This document shows positions 1 through 10,601 of a stretch of DNA of 64,000 nt, piece after piece. A model generated the notes under the pieces. The model made no database searches and was not told the DNA's origin. It saw only the letters and a list, made by a program, of their open reading frames with translations. How positions within the stretch are numbered: the stretch's first letter is position 1; each line of letters starts with the position of its first letter. This DNA is from Bacteroidaceae bacterium (GTDB taxonomy: Bacteria; Bacteroidota; Bacteroidia; Bacteroidales; Barnesiellaceae_A). Location of the stretch: contig JAFXAB010000013.1 of assembly GCA_017522135.1 (NCBI GenBank), positions 15,375-79,374 of the forward strand, written 5' to 3'. A program made the translations under genes and the position numbers.

Positions 1-3000
1 CGGCAATGATACGTCGTAGCAAAGTATCGTACAATGTATTGTCCGAGCCACACTTGCCCGACGGTTGCTTTGACATCAACCACATATCTATCAACGACTT
101 GAGCACGACCATCAATATACGAGCGTTGAGCAAAGATACACTCAACGTACACATCAAGCGTTTTTCGTGCCAAGAACAATCGGGTATAAGTATCAAACGC
201 CTTACACTGCAAGCACAAGCCAACACACAGCATGCCTCCATATCCGATTGTGTAATACAACTACCCAACACATACATCGAGCCCCGGGTAGAGGCCGACA
301 TATCAAAGGTGGAAAATTACAAAAACCTACTCGACAGCACCTATTTTTATGTAAATATTGACAAGACCCAAGTGACACTATCGGATATAGCCTCGTTAGT
401 GCCCGAATTTTACAGATTCGACACACCTATCACCATTTCGTGCAACGCTGAAGGCTTATTAAAAGACTTTACAGCACACAACATAAGCATAGGTATGGCC
501 AACAAATCGATAGCCTTGGATATAGAAGCCGCCATACAGAACATACAGAATTATAAAGAACTCAATATCTCGAAGAGTCATATAAAGTTGCGTACAAAGA
601 GACGTGGTGCACAACTGATAAAACAGAATATCACTATAACAGACAGTATCTTACAGAATATACTGTCAAACATCGAAGAGATAGACTTCAATAGCAAGGT
701 ATCGGGCTCGCTCTCCAACATGAAGGCTCAAATATCATTGTTGAGTGGAATTGGAGACTTCTATACCAACCTCACATTGACAGGCGATAGCAGTCTGTCT
801 TACATGGCTTGCAACGGATACATCAAGAGCAACGGAATAGATTTTGTTAAGATTTTAGGCAATACCGGCACTATTGGCACAGTAGCATTCGATGCCGACA
901 TCAATGCAACAACACGCAACCGTAATGTTACACAAGCCGGATTTAACGGAATTATAAGCCGTCTTGACTTTAACCAATATAGTTACAAAGATATTGTTGT
1001 AGACGCACAACTAAACAAGAACAGATATAGTGGCAAGTTGGAATTGCTCGACCCAAATGGAAAAATCGACCTTGAAGGGTATGTACAACTATCCCCGACC
1101 GACACTCATGCCAATGTTGTAGCCACGTGCCAAAACATAGATCTGACAGCCTTAAATTTGGTACCACAAGCCAAAGGAAACAAACTCTCATTCAACCTCA
1201 ATGCCAACCTTGCCGGCTCGCAACTCGACAAGGCCAATGGATATGTACATATCGACAATATTTTCTATGGCAACAAGGAGGACAATTTTAAATGGAAAAA
1301 ACTAAACATCGACTCCGATAACACAACAGAGCAACAACAAATTTCTATTACATCGGACTATATAAATGGTATAATAGAGGGCAAATACACCTTTAAAGAG
1401 TTGATATACTCTTTAAAAAACATCGGGTCGCAATTTGTCCCCTCAATCATACCGCCTATAACAGAGACAAGCGAAGCCACCCAACACAACAACAATTTCA
1501 ATTGGCGACTTACAGTCAATCCACATATCAAAGCTGCCCAACTACTAAACCTACCGGTAATACTCACCGACACAGCACTTATTGAGGGATTTGTGGGCGA
1601 CAGCCTACAAGCCGTGCAAGTCAATGTATCGGTTCCATATATGTTGGCCGGACTTACTCATATAGAAGGGTTCAATGTCAATCTTGGCAACGAAAATAAA
1701 AATCTGCAATTGACCGCACAAGCCAACATACTCAATGCCGAGAATAAGGCGACACTGTTGAGTCTCAACGCAAGTGCCGAGAACGACAGTATTCAACTAT
1801 CATTAGATTGGGATGCACACTCACAGCCTGTATATAATGGCAGTATTCAACTTGGTTCGAAACTATCGAAGCAGGACAATGACAGTCTAAATGTTGCTAT
1901 AGACATACACCCTACACACTTTACCATAAACGATACAATATGGGATATAAAACCAGCCTCTATATCAATCAAAGAAAAACATATAGAAGTAAACGATATT
2001 GATATTTCACGACCCTCACAACACCTATATATCAGTGGTAAAATCTCTTCCAACGAGCAAGACACATTACACATAGACTTGCAAGAGATAAACCTCGACT
2101 ATATCTTTAAGACACTCAATATCGACTTTGTAACCTTTGGTGGTTATGCCACCGGTCGTGTAGATATTGCCAACATATATGGCAACTCGCCCTATATATG
2201 CACTCGTAAGCTTGACATCGAAAACTTCTCATACAACAATGCAGTCTTTGGCAATCTATCGGCATTCAGCCAGCTGGAGACAGAAGATATGGGTATTCTC
2301 ATCAAGGGAATCATAAGCAACCAAAACAAAGAGGAGAGCTATGTCGATGGATATATTTACCCCACACAAGACTCTATATCCATAGCATTTGATGTTGAAG
2401 AAGTACCCTTAAAGTTTATCCGACCGTTCCTCAACACAATCCTTATAGATGCTGACGGCACGGCCTCGGGACACGTCGTACTTGAAGGCAACTTTGAGCG
2501 CATATACATCTACGGAGATGCTTATGCACAAGATTTTTCATTCGGCATACCCTTTATCAACACCCGTTATCACCTATCGGACAGTATCCACTTTACCAAA
2601 GACCAGATATTCTTTGACAATGTTACGTTGTACGATGCCAACAATCACACTGCCAAAGGTCGTGGTTCAATAAAGCATAAATATTTTACCCAGACCGAAT
2701 ACGACATAGACATCTACGATGCCGACAGAATGCTGGTCTTTGACGTACAACGCACAGTAGGAGTTCCTTATTATGGCACAATATTCGGGTCGGGCAATGT
2801 CAAAGTATCGGGCAACGACTACAATACCAATGTTACGGTAAATATGACCCCCTATCGTAACTCTAATTTTACGTTTGTATTAACCAATACAACCAATGCC
2901 GCCGACTATCCCTTCCTCACATTCTCCAACAAGCGAGAGACGCAACCAAAGAAGGATATATACATAAGCGAAATAGATAGCTTCATCATGCACAGCAACA

Positions 3001-4148
3001 CGCTGTTAAAGAAAAAGAGCATCAACTCTATTCAAAATATCCTCAACGTGAGCATAACAGCCAACATCACACCCGAGTCTGAGATAAACATCATCATGAA
3101 CGAGATAACAGGCGATAAGATGCAAGCATACGGCGAAGGCACAATGCGACTCGAATTTAATACTGCCGACGGAGGAGATATATTGATGTATGGCAATATG
3201 AATATCGATAAAGGAACATATGACTTCAGCTTTGAGGATATTATCACACGCAACTTCAAGATACAACAAGGCAGCAGCGTTTCGTTCCAAGGCAATCCTC
3301 TTGAAGCCACACTCGATATAAGTGCCATATATTCATTACAGGCCAACCTTGCCGACTTAGATGCATCGTTTACCAACGACAGCGAAATAACCCGCACAAA
3401 TACACCTGTAAACACGATTCTACTCATCAATGGTCCGCTATTGCAACCCGAGATTGACTTTGACATCGAGTTGCCAACGCTCAGCTCGGATGTAGAAGAT
3501 CGCATGAACAGCATCATCAACACCGATGAAATGATGGCCGAACAAATTATCTACTTGTTGACCATGAACAGGTTCAGCACCCCAGAATTTAGCTCCAATC
3601 AAGTAACCTATAACGAATGGGGTGCAATGGCAGCATCGACGCTATCATCTTCTATTGGTGCATTAATGGGACAAATCAGCAAGGATTGGAACATTGCACC
3701 TAAGGTACGAAGCGAAAGAGGTGACTTTACCGACCTTGAAGTTGACCTCTTCCTATCGAGTCAACTACTCAATAACCGTCTCATATTCAACGGCAGTTTT
3801 GGCTACCGCGACAGCCGATACAATACCACCAATTTCATAGGTGATTTTGATATAGAATATCTATTGACCGAAAATGGCAATCTACGCTTGAAGGGATACA
3901 ATCACTTCAACGACCGCAACCACACCATGCGCACCGCCATTACTACTCAAGGCATAGGACTTATCTACAAACACGACTTCAATTCATGGAAGAATTTCTT
4001 TGAATTTTCCAACATAAAACTCTTTACCGAAGAAGAGTATGATGAATACGAAGAATATGAAGAGTACGAAGAGGAAGATATTGAAGAATACGACACTACA
4101 CTACCTATCGACAGTGTTATTACGATTACGCCCGATATTCTGGAATAG
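1..4148 (+). CDS. tamB: TamB-like translocation/assembly module protein (DUF490-type C-terminus), with the 5' end probably outside the window
   Basis: 1380-aa ORF. The frame is open to the window edge and there is no N-terminal membrane anchor. The C-terminal third carries TamB/DUF490-like strings (LINGPLLQPEIDFDIELP, LFLSSQLLNNRLIFNGSFGYRD, GDFDIEYLL..LRLKGYNH). It ends in an acidic EY-rich tail. Confidence 0.7.
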   Translation, partial: AMIRRSKVSYNVLSEPHLPDGCFDINHISINDLSTTINIRALSKDTLNVHIKRFSCQEQSGISIKRLTLQAQANTQHASISDCVIQLPNTYIEPRVEADISKVENYKNLLDSTYFYVNIDKTQVTLSDIASLVPEFYRFDTPITISCNAEGLLKDFTAHNISIGMANKSIALDIEAAIQNIQNYKELNISKSHIKLRTKRRGAQLIKQNITITDSILQNILSNIEEIDFNSKVSGSLSNMKAQISLLSGIGDFYTNLTLTGDSSLSYMACNGYIKSNGIDFVKILGNTGTIGTVAFDADINATTRNRNVTQAGFNGIISRLDFNQYSYKDIVVDAQLNKNRYSGKLELLDPNGKIDLEGYVQLSPTDTHANVVATCQNIDLTALNLVPQAKGNKLSFNLNANLAGSQLDKANGYVHIDNIFYGNKEDNFKWKKLNIDSDNTTEQQQISITSDYINGIIEGKYTFKELIYSLKNIGSQFVPSIIPPITETSEATQHNNNFNWRLTVNPHIKAAQLLNLPVILTDTALIEGFVGDSLQAVQVNVSVPYMLAGLTHIEGFNVNLGNENKNLQLTAQANILNAENKATLLSLNASAENDSIQLSLDWDAHSQPVYNGSIQLGSKLSKQDNDSLNVAIDIHPTHFTINDTIWDIKPASISIKEKHIEVNDIDISRPSQHLYISGKISSNEQDTLHIDLQEINLDYIFKTLNIDFVTFGGYATGRVDIANIYGNSPYICTRKLDIENFSYNNAVFGNLSAFSQLETEDMGILIKGIISNQNKEESYVDGYIYPTQDSISIAFDVEEVPLKFIRPFLNTILIDADGTASGHVVLEGNFERIYIYGDAYAQDFSFGIPFINTRYHLSDSIHFTKDQIFFDNVTLYDANNHTAKGRGSIKHKYFTQTEYDIDIYDADRMLVFDVQRTVGVPYYGTIFGSGNVKVSGNDYNTNVTVNMTPYRNSNFTFVLTNTTNAADYPFLTFSNKRETQPKKDIYISEIDSFIMHSNTLLKKKSINSIQNILNVSITANITPESEINIIMNEITGDKMQAYGEGTMRLEFNTADGGDILMYGNMNIDKGTYDFSFEDIITRNFKIQQGSSVSFQGNPLEATLDISAIYSLQANLADLDASFTNDSEITRTNTPVNTILLINGPLLQPEIDFDIELPTLSSDVEDRMNSIINTDEMMAEQIIYLLTMNRFSTPEFSSNQVTYNEWGAMAASTLSSSIGALMGQISKDWNIAPKVRSERGDFTDLEVDLFLSSQLLNNRLIFNGSFGYRDSRYNTTNFIGDFDIEYLLTENGNLRLKGYNHFNDRNHTMRTAITTQGIGLIYKHDFNSWKNFFEFSNIKLFTEEEYDEYEEYEEYEEEDIEEYDTTLPIDSVITITPDILE

Positions 4149-4264
4149 ACTCTCTATACAGCCTTCTTACTCACTGTGCGTTTAATTACCGTTTTTTACA
4201 CCCCATAATACACGCCCACACACCACCAATCAGACAGTCGCATCACCCTTACCATAACTACCAT

Positions 4265-4306
4265 ACAGCAACAGCGCAACCCCATTAAGGATTGCGCTGT
4301 TGCTGT
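4265..4306. terminator. Perfect 15-bp stem hairpin between the convergent tamB and rpmH genes
   Basis: acagcaacagcgcaa (4265-4279) is the exact reverse complement of ttgcgctgttgctgt (4292-4306), with a 12-nt loop. There is no clear U-tract on either strand. Confidence 0.5.
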
Positions 4307-4364
4307 ATCGAATACTTTGGAATCCAATCTTAAATCGGACTCATAATCGTGTCGTTTGACAAGA

Positions 4365-4520
4365 TTATTTCTTGTACATTTCGTCCGATACTGTGAGTAC
4401 TTTGCGACCTTTAGCGCGACGGCTTGCGAGAACACGACGACCGTTAGCGGTAGACATTCTCAAGCGGAAACCGTGCTTGTTTACTCTCTTTCTGTTTGAG
4501 GGTTGGAATGTTCTTTTCAT
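4365..4520 (-). CDS. rpmH: 50S ribosomal protein L34
   Basis: Hand translation of the minus strand gives [51 protein letters not shown] (51 aa), the classic L34 sequence. It is absent from the ORF track because it is shorter than 60 aa. Confidence 0.93.
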   Translation of the reverse strand: MKRTFQPSNRKRVNKHGFRLRMSTANGRRVLASRRAKGRKVLTVSDEMYKK

Positions 4521-4564
4521 TGCCTGATATTTTTTGTGTTATTATTTTCCCAATTATCGGAGTG

Positions 4565-4572
4565 CAAAATTA
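4565..4572 (-). promoter_or_regulatory. Bacteroidota-type -7 promoter box (TAATTTTG) upstream of rpmH
   Basis: The minus strand reads TAATTTTG, matching the TAnnTTTG consensus, about 45 nt upstream of the rpmH ATG. Confidence 0.45.
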
Positions 4573-4637
4573 GTTACTTTTTTTGAATATACCAACTTTT
4601 ACACGACACTTTTTTTCAAATACACACAATTTACTGA

Positions 4638-5189
4638 CTACAAATGCTTTGCAATACCGTCAGGAGTGATTATATAGTGCATTACCTTGTCGTGAGCCTC
4701 GGCAGGGATAGAGGGTAAAAGCTGACATTTGTAGCACACACCTATGCAAGTGGCATGAGTGCGCGACAATAAGCGGTCGTAATACCCTTTTCCACGCCCC
4801 AATCTATTGCCGGCACTATCAAACGCTACACCTGGCACTATAATGAGTTGCAACACATCGGTGTCGGTGTCTGCTCCGGTAGGCTCCATGATGTTAAACT
4901 CGCCTTGTTGCATGGCTTCTCTGCTATAACGGCGCACTACAAGGTCATCGCCTATCACTACAGGCAGATATATAGTTTTACCCAATTCTACCCAACGGTC
5001 TATCACTTGATGGGTACTCAACTCATCGGGTAAGGAATGATATAGCAATATGTGCTGAGCTTCGGCAAATACCGGAGTTGCCTCTACATACTGCCATACT
5101 GCACTACTCTCGGCGTTCTTCTGCTCGGCGGTGAGTGCAGCCTTGCTTTGTCGCATTTGGCGACGTAAAGATGCTTTGTCTATAGTCAT
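4638..5189 (-). CDS. 5-formyltetrahydrofolate cyclo-ligase
   Basis: 183 aa. The family-typical layout is present: LLYHSLPDEL, YLPVV, FNIMEP and VPGVAFDSAGNRLGRGKGYYDRLL. Confidence 0.85.
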   Translation of the reverse strand: MTIDKASLRRQMRQSKAALTAEQKNAESSAVWQYVEATPVFAEAQHILLYHSLPDELSTHQVIDRWVELGKTIYLPVVIGDDLVVRRYSREAMQQGEFNIMEPTGADTDTDVLQLIIVPGVAFDSAGNRLGRGKGYYDRLLSRTHATCIGVCYKCQLLPSIPAEAHDKVMHYIITPDGIAKHL

Positions 5190-5235
5190 GATCGTTGTGT
5201 TGTTTCTTTTATAATTCTTCTTCTCCCTCCTCTGT

Positions 5236-6876
5236 TTACTCTGGCAATTCCGGGAAGGCTCTCTCTTCTTTGATTATGCGACAAGCCTCTTCTATCACAT
5301 CATCGTCGCTCATAAAAATAGGATAGAAACCCTCATCTCCTATCACGTCACGAGCTATATAGGCCTGCAAAAGACGTATAAGCACAGAGCGCGAAATATT
5401 AATATCGGGATAACGGGCAGGCACGCCATTGCGCTCGGCATAGACAATAAAATCGTTTAGCAACTTATTGCCATTGAGCATATTCAAGAGTTCCTTGTAA
5501 TTCTCGGCTTGAGCAAGATAGTCGCGATGAGCATCGACATACTCAAAGGCATACTTATATAACAGACTCTTGTTTATCACATCGCTATAATATGGCGTTA
5601 CATGTGTAGTGTCGCTGGGGATAAAGATGTCGGGCATGATACCGCCTCCTCCATACACTGTACGACCGCCTGCTGTGGTATACATCTCGTCGGTGTGCTG
5701 ATGAATACTATCGGCATTGAAAAATTCGCCCCTATTATAGCGGTTGATGATATCCATGTTGTACGACTCATCGTCACCCATGCTATATTCCTTTTGGATA
5801 CAACGTCCTGACGGAGTGTGATAACGGGCTACCGTAAGACGAACAGCCGAGCCATCAGACAACGGCAATTGACTCTGCACCAATCCCTTACCAAATGTGC
5901 GACGACCCACTATCATACCACGATCGTTGTCCTGTATTGCACCGGCAAATATCTCACTTGCCGAGGCCGACCACTCATCGGTAAGTACCACGATGGGATT
6001 TTCCTTGAATGAACCCATACCATTGGCCACAGCATCCTCGCGAGGGAAAGCGCGACCTTCGGTGTATACAATAAGCTCGCCTGCCAACATAAACTCATTG
6101 ACCATATTGATGGCTGCATCCATATAACCACCACCGTTGCCACGCAGGTCTATAATATAGCTTTCGGCTCCCTCGTTGCGCAATCGCGCCAACGCTACAA
6201 GAAACTCCTCAAAGGTTGTACGCCCAAACTTGCTCACAAGTATATATCCTATACCGGGCTCTATCATGTAAGCAGCATCTACGCTGTGCAGAGGTATGTC
6301 GCCACGTTCAACCTCAAAGGTAAGCAACTCGCTCTCACCTTTACGTTGTACGCCCAACTTCACAACTGTACCTTTGGCACCTCGCAAATTCTTCATTACC
6401 TTCTCGTTGGTAACAATCTTGCCTACATACAGCGAGTCATCTATCATAATGATGCGATCACCGGGAAGCAACCCACAACGCTCTGACGGACCGCCCGATA
6501 TTACATCTACTACATTGATGGTATCGTTGAGCAAATTAAACTGTATACCAATACCCGAGAACGAGCCTTCGAGTTCTTCATTCACACTTTCCAAGTCTTC
6601 GGCAGGAATATAAGCCGAGTGCGGGTCGAGTTCTTTGAGTATCGATGCCATTGCATTATCGGTAAGTTCCTTGCTATTGACACTGTCGACATACTGTTGC
6701 TCGATAATATGCAACAACATATTGAAGTTGTTGCGACGAGCATACTCGTAGTCATAGGTATCATACAACTGGTACTCCGACGAGTTATTGTTCCAGTTAC
6801 CTATAAACATACCTATAACCAACGTTACCGATGCCCAGAAGGGCAACCACGCATAATTAAATTGAGGTTCTTTCAT
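5236..6876 (-). CDS. S41 family C-terminal processing peptidase (PDZ-containing)
   Basis: 546 aa with an N-terminal TM segment, a PDZ-like segment (GGPSERCGLLPGDRII) and the catalytic region WSASASEIFAGAIQDNDRGMIVGRRTFGKG. Confidence 0.88.
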   Translation of the reverse strand: MKEPQFNYAWLPFWASVTLVIGMFIGNWNNNSSEYQLYDTYDYEYARRNNFNMLLHIIEQQYVDSVNSKELTDNAMASILKELDPHSAYIPAEDLESVNEELEGSFSGIGIQFNLLNDTINVVDVISGGPSERCGLLPGDRIIMIDDSLYVGKIVTNEKVMKNLRGAKGTVVKLGVQRKGESELLTFEVERGDIPLHSVDAAYMIEPGIGYILVSKFGRTTFEEFLVALARLRNEGAESYIIDLRGNGGGYMDAAINMVNEFMLAGELIVYTEGRAFPREDAVANGMGSFKENPIVVLTDEWSASASEIFAGAIQDNDRGMIVGRRTFGKGLVQSQLPLSDGSAVRLTVARYHTPSGRCIQKEYSMGDDESYNMDIINRYNRGEFFNADSIHQHTDEMYTTAGGRTVYGGGGIMPDIFIPSDTTHVTPYYSDVINKSLLYKYAFEYVDAHRDYLAQAENYKELLNMLNGNKLLNDFIVYAERNGVPARYPDINISRSVLIRLLQAYIARDVIGDEGFYPIFMSDDDVIEEACRIIKEERAFPELPE

Positions 6877-6881
6877 GATTA

Positions 6882-7319
6882 TTACTCTTTTACAAGGTCG
6901 GCAATGTACTCAACTTCTACACCGCTGCGTTGCAAGAGATCTACACCATCGGTGTTATGATACAACTCGGAGAACACAACCCGACGTATACCGGCTTGTA
7001 TTATCAACTTCGAGCACTCTATACAGGGCGAACACGTTACATACAAGGTGGCTCCCTCACTACTGTTGTTACTACGAGCCACCTTGGTTATAGCATTGGC
7101 CTCGGCATGCAACACATAAGGCTTGGTGCGACCACTCTCATCCTCGCATATATTTTCAAACCCGGATGGTGTACCATTAAAGCCATCCGAGATTATCATC
7201 TTTTCCTTAACAATGAGCGCACCCACTTGGCGACGCTTACAATAGGAGTTTTCGCCCCATATGCGAGCCATGCGTATATACCGCTCGTCGAGCAAGCGCT
7301 GTTTGTTCTTATCTTCCAT
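6882..7319 (-). CDS. Deoxycytidylate (dCMP) deaminase, ComEB-like
   Basis: 145 aa with the cytidine/deoxycytidylate deaminase zinc motifs HAEANAI and CSPCIECSKLIIQAGIRRVV. Confidence 0.88.
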   Translation of the reverse strand: MEDKNKQRLLDERYIRMARIWGENSYCKRRQVGALIVKEKMIISDGFNGTPSGFENICEDESGRTKPYVLHAEANAITKVARSNNSSEGATLYVTCSPCIECSKLIIQAGIRRVVFSELYHNTDGVDLLQRSGVEVEYIADLVKE

Positions 7320-7474
7320 TATTTTTGCAATTACTGCCTATCAAGGCATATTCGCACAAAAATACGACATTTTTATTACAACCACACCATATACAACATT
7401 TTTTATACAATTTGCCCCGATAGAGAGGGTTGCACCTGCCTATCGGGACATATATTTCAAGTTATAAAACTCTT

Positions 7475-8872
7475 TTACTTAATCATACCACCCAATATGT
7501 GGGGAATGGCTGTATTTTCCATCCAACCTTGATTTTCAAAACGTTCTGCACCGGCACCTATAGCAAAGAAAGGAACGGGATTTCCACTGTGACTGTAGGT
7601 AGTCCACCCCAATCCACACTTGTGCGAATAGAGTATATAAATAAGATTGGTAAGATAGTCGAAGTTGGCATACAGCGTCTTTACATCCTTACCACGACTG
7701 TCCACAACATCCTGCAGAGCTATCATAAGCGCACCCTCCTCACCGGGGGTAATAGTTATGGTCGAGCCAAGCCCGAGAGTATTTTCGATAAATTGGCGCA
7801 CAACACTCCACTCGACCTTCGAACCTTGACTCTTGAGAAGGTCACGCAAGGCATTGCTAAATTGTGCCTTAGATACGTGCGCACACTGCAAGTTGTTCAA
7901 TGCCGGCCCTTTGCTACCCTCAACACCGAGAGAGAGACCACCTGTTTCGTGATCGGCAGTGATAATGATAAGCGTCTCGCGGGGATGGCGTTTATAGAAC
8001 TCATAAGCCTCACGCACAGCAGCATCAAATTCGCACATCTCACCCATAAGCCCCGATGGATCGTTGGAGTGCCCCATGTGGTCTATTGCTCCACCCTCGG
8101 CCATCATAAAGAAACCTCGCGGATAGCGTTTATACAGGTACTCTATACCTGCACGCACCATACAAGGTAGTGACATATCGCCATTATCTCCATCTACAAC
8201 ATAACCTATAGTATTTTCTGTTGTTGAATCATTGTCGAGCCACAACACTCGCGAGGCATCTTGAGGCAATGTATAGCCATCACGCCCCCTTACAACGGTA
8301 TAGCCTGAGGCTTGATACTCGGCAAATACGTTACCTTGTGTATGTGCTCGTACTCCGTAAGGATCTCGGAAATAAGCACCGGCCAAAAGGTCAAATCCCG
8401 AGGCTGCTCCTTGAGAGGCTATTGAGTGGTATTGATGACGCGACGGGACTGTAGCGTAAAAGGATGCAGGAGTAGCATCATCGATACATACACTACTCAT
8501 GATAGCCACACCACGTCCTGAGGCTTTCATCTTCTTGGCTATCGATGTAAGAGCAACGGTATCGGCATCCATGCCTATCATTCCATTGCGGGTTTTGCTA
8601 CCGCAGGCAAGGGCTGTTCCTGCAGCCGCCGAATCGGTGATATCGCTGTCGGCCGAATATGTCGATACAATACCCGCTACCGGGAAGTCGTAGAAGTGCA
8701 TCGTGGGAGCAAGCGTGTCGCCGGTTGCTTTGAAATAGGTGCGGAGAGCTTGCACTTGTCCCAATCCCATACCATCACCTATAAAGTAAAATATATACTT
8801 GGGAGTAGCAGCCCATGCTACAGCACACAAGAGTATAAAGGTTGCTACAAAGGAGTATCTGATTGTTTTCAT
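7475..8872 (-). CDS. Alkaline phosphatase (PhoA-type), secreted
   Basis: 465 aa with a signal peptide and the motifs FIGDGMG, DSAAAGTA, ATPASFYA, ITADHETGGL and TYSHSG. Confidence 0.88.
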   Translation of the reverse strand: MKTIRYSFVATFILLCAVAWAATPKYIFYFIGDGMGLGQVQALRTYFKATGDTLAPTMHFYDFPVAGIVSTYSADSDITDSAAAGTALACGSKTRNGMIGMDADTVALTSIAKKMKASGRGVAIMSSVCIDDATPASFYATVPSRHQYHSIASQGAASGFDLLAGAYFRDPYGVRAHTQGNVFAEYQASGYTVVRGRDGYTLPQDASRVLWLDNDSTTENTIGYVVDGDNGDMSLPCMVRAGIEYLYKRYPRGFFMMAEGGAIDHMGHSNDPSGLMGEMCEFDAAVREAYEFYKRHPRETLIIITADHETGGLSLGVEGSKGPALNNLQCAHVSKAQFSNALRDLLKSQGSKVEWSVVRQFIENTLGLGSTITITPGEEGALMIALQDVVDSRGKDVKTLYANFDYLTNLIYILYSHKCGLGWTTYSHSGNPVPFFAIGAGAERFENQGWMENTAIPHILGGMIK

Positions 8873-8904
8873 ACTTATAAAATTAACATCATTGAACTTT
8901 TATA

Positions 8905-10587
8905 TTATTCTCGCGCTCTACGCATATAGTGTCGCAAGACAGTGGCATTTACTTCATTGGGGGTTGTTATTGCCAAAATGGCCGGTTGTTCACTTTCGGC
9001 AAAAAACTGAGGCAGAACATCCTTCAAGGTATCTTCGCTATCGGCATGAAAATACCTAAATCCATGCAGATGAGCATATCCCTCAATAGGTTGTCGATGT
9101 TTCACTTCAAAACACTCCTCCAATTCGGGCAAGTCGGATGGCCCCTTGATAAAGCGGAATATACCACCACCTCCGTTATCTATAACAACAATCTTGAAAC
9201 GAGGTGTTGCAAGGCCGGTAGCTAATGCTCCGGTATCGTATCCAAAACTCATATCGCCCGTGATAAGCAAATGCATAGCGTCATCGACCATCGAAGCACC
9301 AAGGGCTGTAGAGGTAGAGCCATCAATACCACTCACTCCTCTATTGCAGTATGAAGCTGCCACTTGTGGGGTGTCGAAAAGTTGTGCATAGCGTATAGAA
9401 GTGCCATTGGATAGATGCAAAACAGTATCGGACGGAATAGCTGCCGACAGAGAAGCAAAAGCCCGTAAATCGCACCAAGGTGCTGTATCGACTACACGAT
9501 TATGAAGTGCAGTTGCCACAATTTCCCTATCGGCCCACTGCATAGCATAGTGTGATGAGAGCGGGGTGCAAAGGGGGGCTACTTGAGAAAGTACCGAAGC
9601 TGCATCGAGTTGCAAGCGACAAGTTAATGACTGCATTGTGTCAATAACATGAGGTTCATTTCCTATACGCCAATGTTCGGCAGGGCTATACCTACGCAAA
9701 AACTCCTTGACCATGCGCGACACAGGCGACCCTCCCATCGTAATAAGCAATTGCGGAGCAAAATCACTCTTTTCACTATTGTCTATAACTGTAAGTACGC
9801 GGTCGATTGTGGGGATAAAAGCATCATCGTGCATATTGGCAATACTCTCGGTAAGCACTACCACCTGAGGCAACTTTGCCAATAGGCTCAACGCCTCTTG
9901 CAATACCGGCGAAGGAGCAGCCATAGTAGCAAGTATCATCACCTTGCGAGTGCCGGATATAGTCAATGCCAACCGAGCGGCATCGGCCGGTGAGAGTTGC
10001 TGTACGGGGCGCATATCTTCGATACACACAGGTTTTTCGGGAGCTACATCGGTAACCTCACACAGAGAACCTCCAAGCGGAACATTAATGTGCACAGGAG
10101 CACTACAAGGGGTTTGTGCCTGCAACAGGGCATCGTTTATAAGTCGGCGTGCATACCACAACGAGGTATCGTCGGCGTGAGCGGGCAGATGATATGATTG
10201 CTTGACAAAAGCTCCCAATACACCCTGTTGACGGATGGTTTGGCTGTCATCTTGATCTATCCACTCATCGGGTCGGTCGGCCGAAATAACAATAAGCGGT
10301 ACATGGCGATAATAAGCCTCAGCCACAGCCGGAGCATAATTGAGCAACGCAGTGCCCGAAGTACACACAAGTGCCACAGGCTCGCCACTGCGCGTAGCCA
10401 TGCCTAAGGCAATAAAACCAGCTACTCGCTCGTCTACAACCACGAGATGTTCAATAGCCTTTTCTCGGGCAAAGGCAACCAACAAAGGTGCATTGCGCGA
10501 ACCGGGAGACAACACCACGCGACGCACTCCATGCGACAAACATAAGGCAACCAACTGCCTGCAAATGGTATATGAGGTATTCTCCAT
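8905..10587 (-). CDS. menD: 2-succinyl-5-enolpyruvyl-6-hydroxy-3-cyclohexene-1-carboxylate synthase
   Basis: ThDP-enzyme layout (GSRNAPL, GDMSFGYD, IVVIDNGGGGIF). I place the start at the internal ATG (MENTSYTI, 10587), because the track ORF start at 10650 would overlap the menF stop (10602). Confidence 0.85.
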   Translation of the reverse strand: MENTSYTICRQLVALCLSHGVRRVVLSPGSRNAPLLVAFAREKAIEHLVVVDERVAGFIALGMATRSGEPVALVCTSGTALLNYAPAVAEAYYRHVPLIVISADRPDEWIDQDDSQTIRQQGVLGAFVKQSYHLPAHADDTSLWYARRLINDALLQAQTPCSAPVHINVPLGGSLCEVTDVAPEKPVCIEDMRPVQQLSPADAARLALTISGTRKVMILATMAAPSPVLQEALSLLAKLPQVVVLTESIANMHDDAFIPTIDRVLTVIDNSEKSDFAPQLLITMGGSPVSRMVKEFLRRYSPAEHWRIGNEPHVIDTMQSLTCRLQLDAASVLSQVAPLCTPLSSHYAMQWADREIVATALHNRVVDTAPWCDLRAFASLSAAIPSDTVLHLSNGTSIRYAQLFDTPQVAASYCNRGVSGIDGSTSTALGASMVDDAMHLLITGDMSFGYDTGALATGLATPRFKIVVIDNGGGGIFRFIKGPSDLPELEECFEVKHRQPIEGYAHLHGFRYFHADSEDTLKDVLPQFFAESEQPAILAITTPNEVNATVLRHYMRRARE

Positions 10588-10601
10588 AGCTATCCTTATG
10601 A

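Noticed and set aside
4196-4435. 79-aa minus-strand ORF from the track.
   Set aside because: It overlaps the real rpmH gene (4365-4520) in another frame and runs through the intergenic hairpin. It has no recognisable protein features, so it is spurious.
7430-8170. 246-aa plus-strand ORF. Similar long antisense ORFs occur at 6930-7532, 13400-14114, 18196-18732, 30387-31196, 48303-48908, 57430-58317 and 62698-63447.
   Set aside because: All lie antisense to, or out of frame inside, genes with strong family motifs (alkaline phosphatase, ftsY, menE, the beta-barrel, T9SS cargo genes, the RND pump). Their translations are low-complexity or Cys/His/Arg-rich in the way shadow ORFs typically are.
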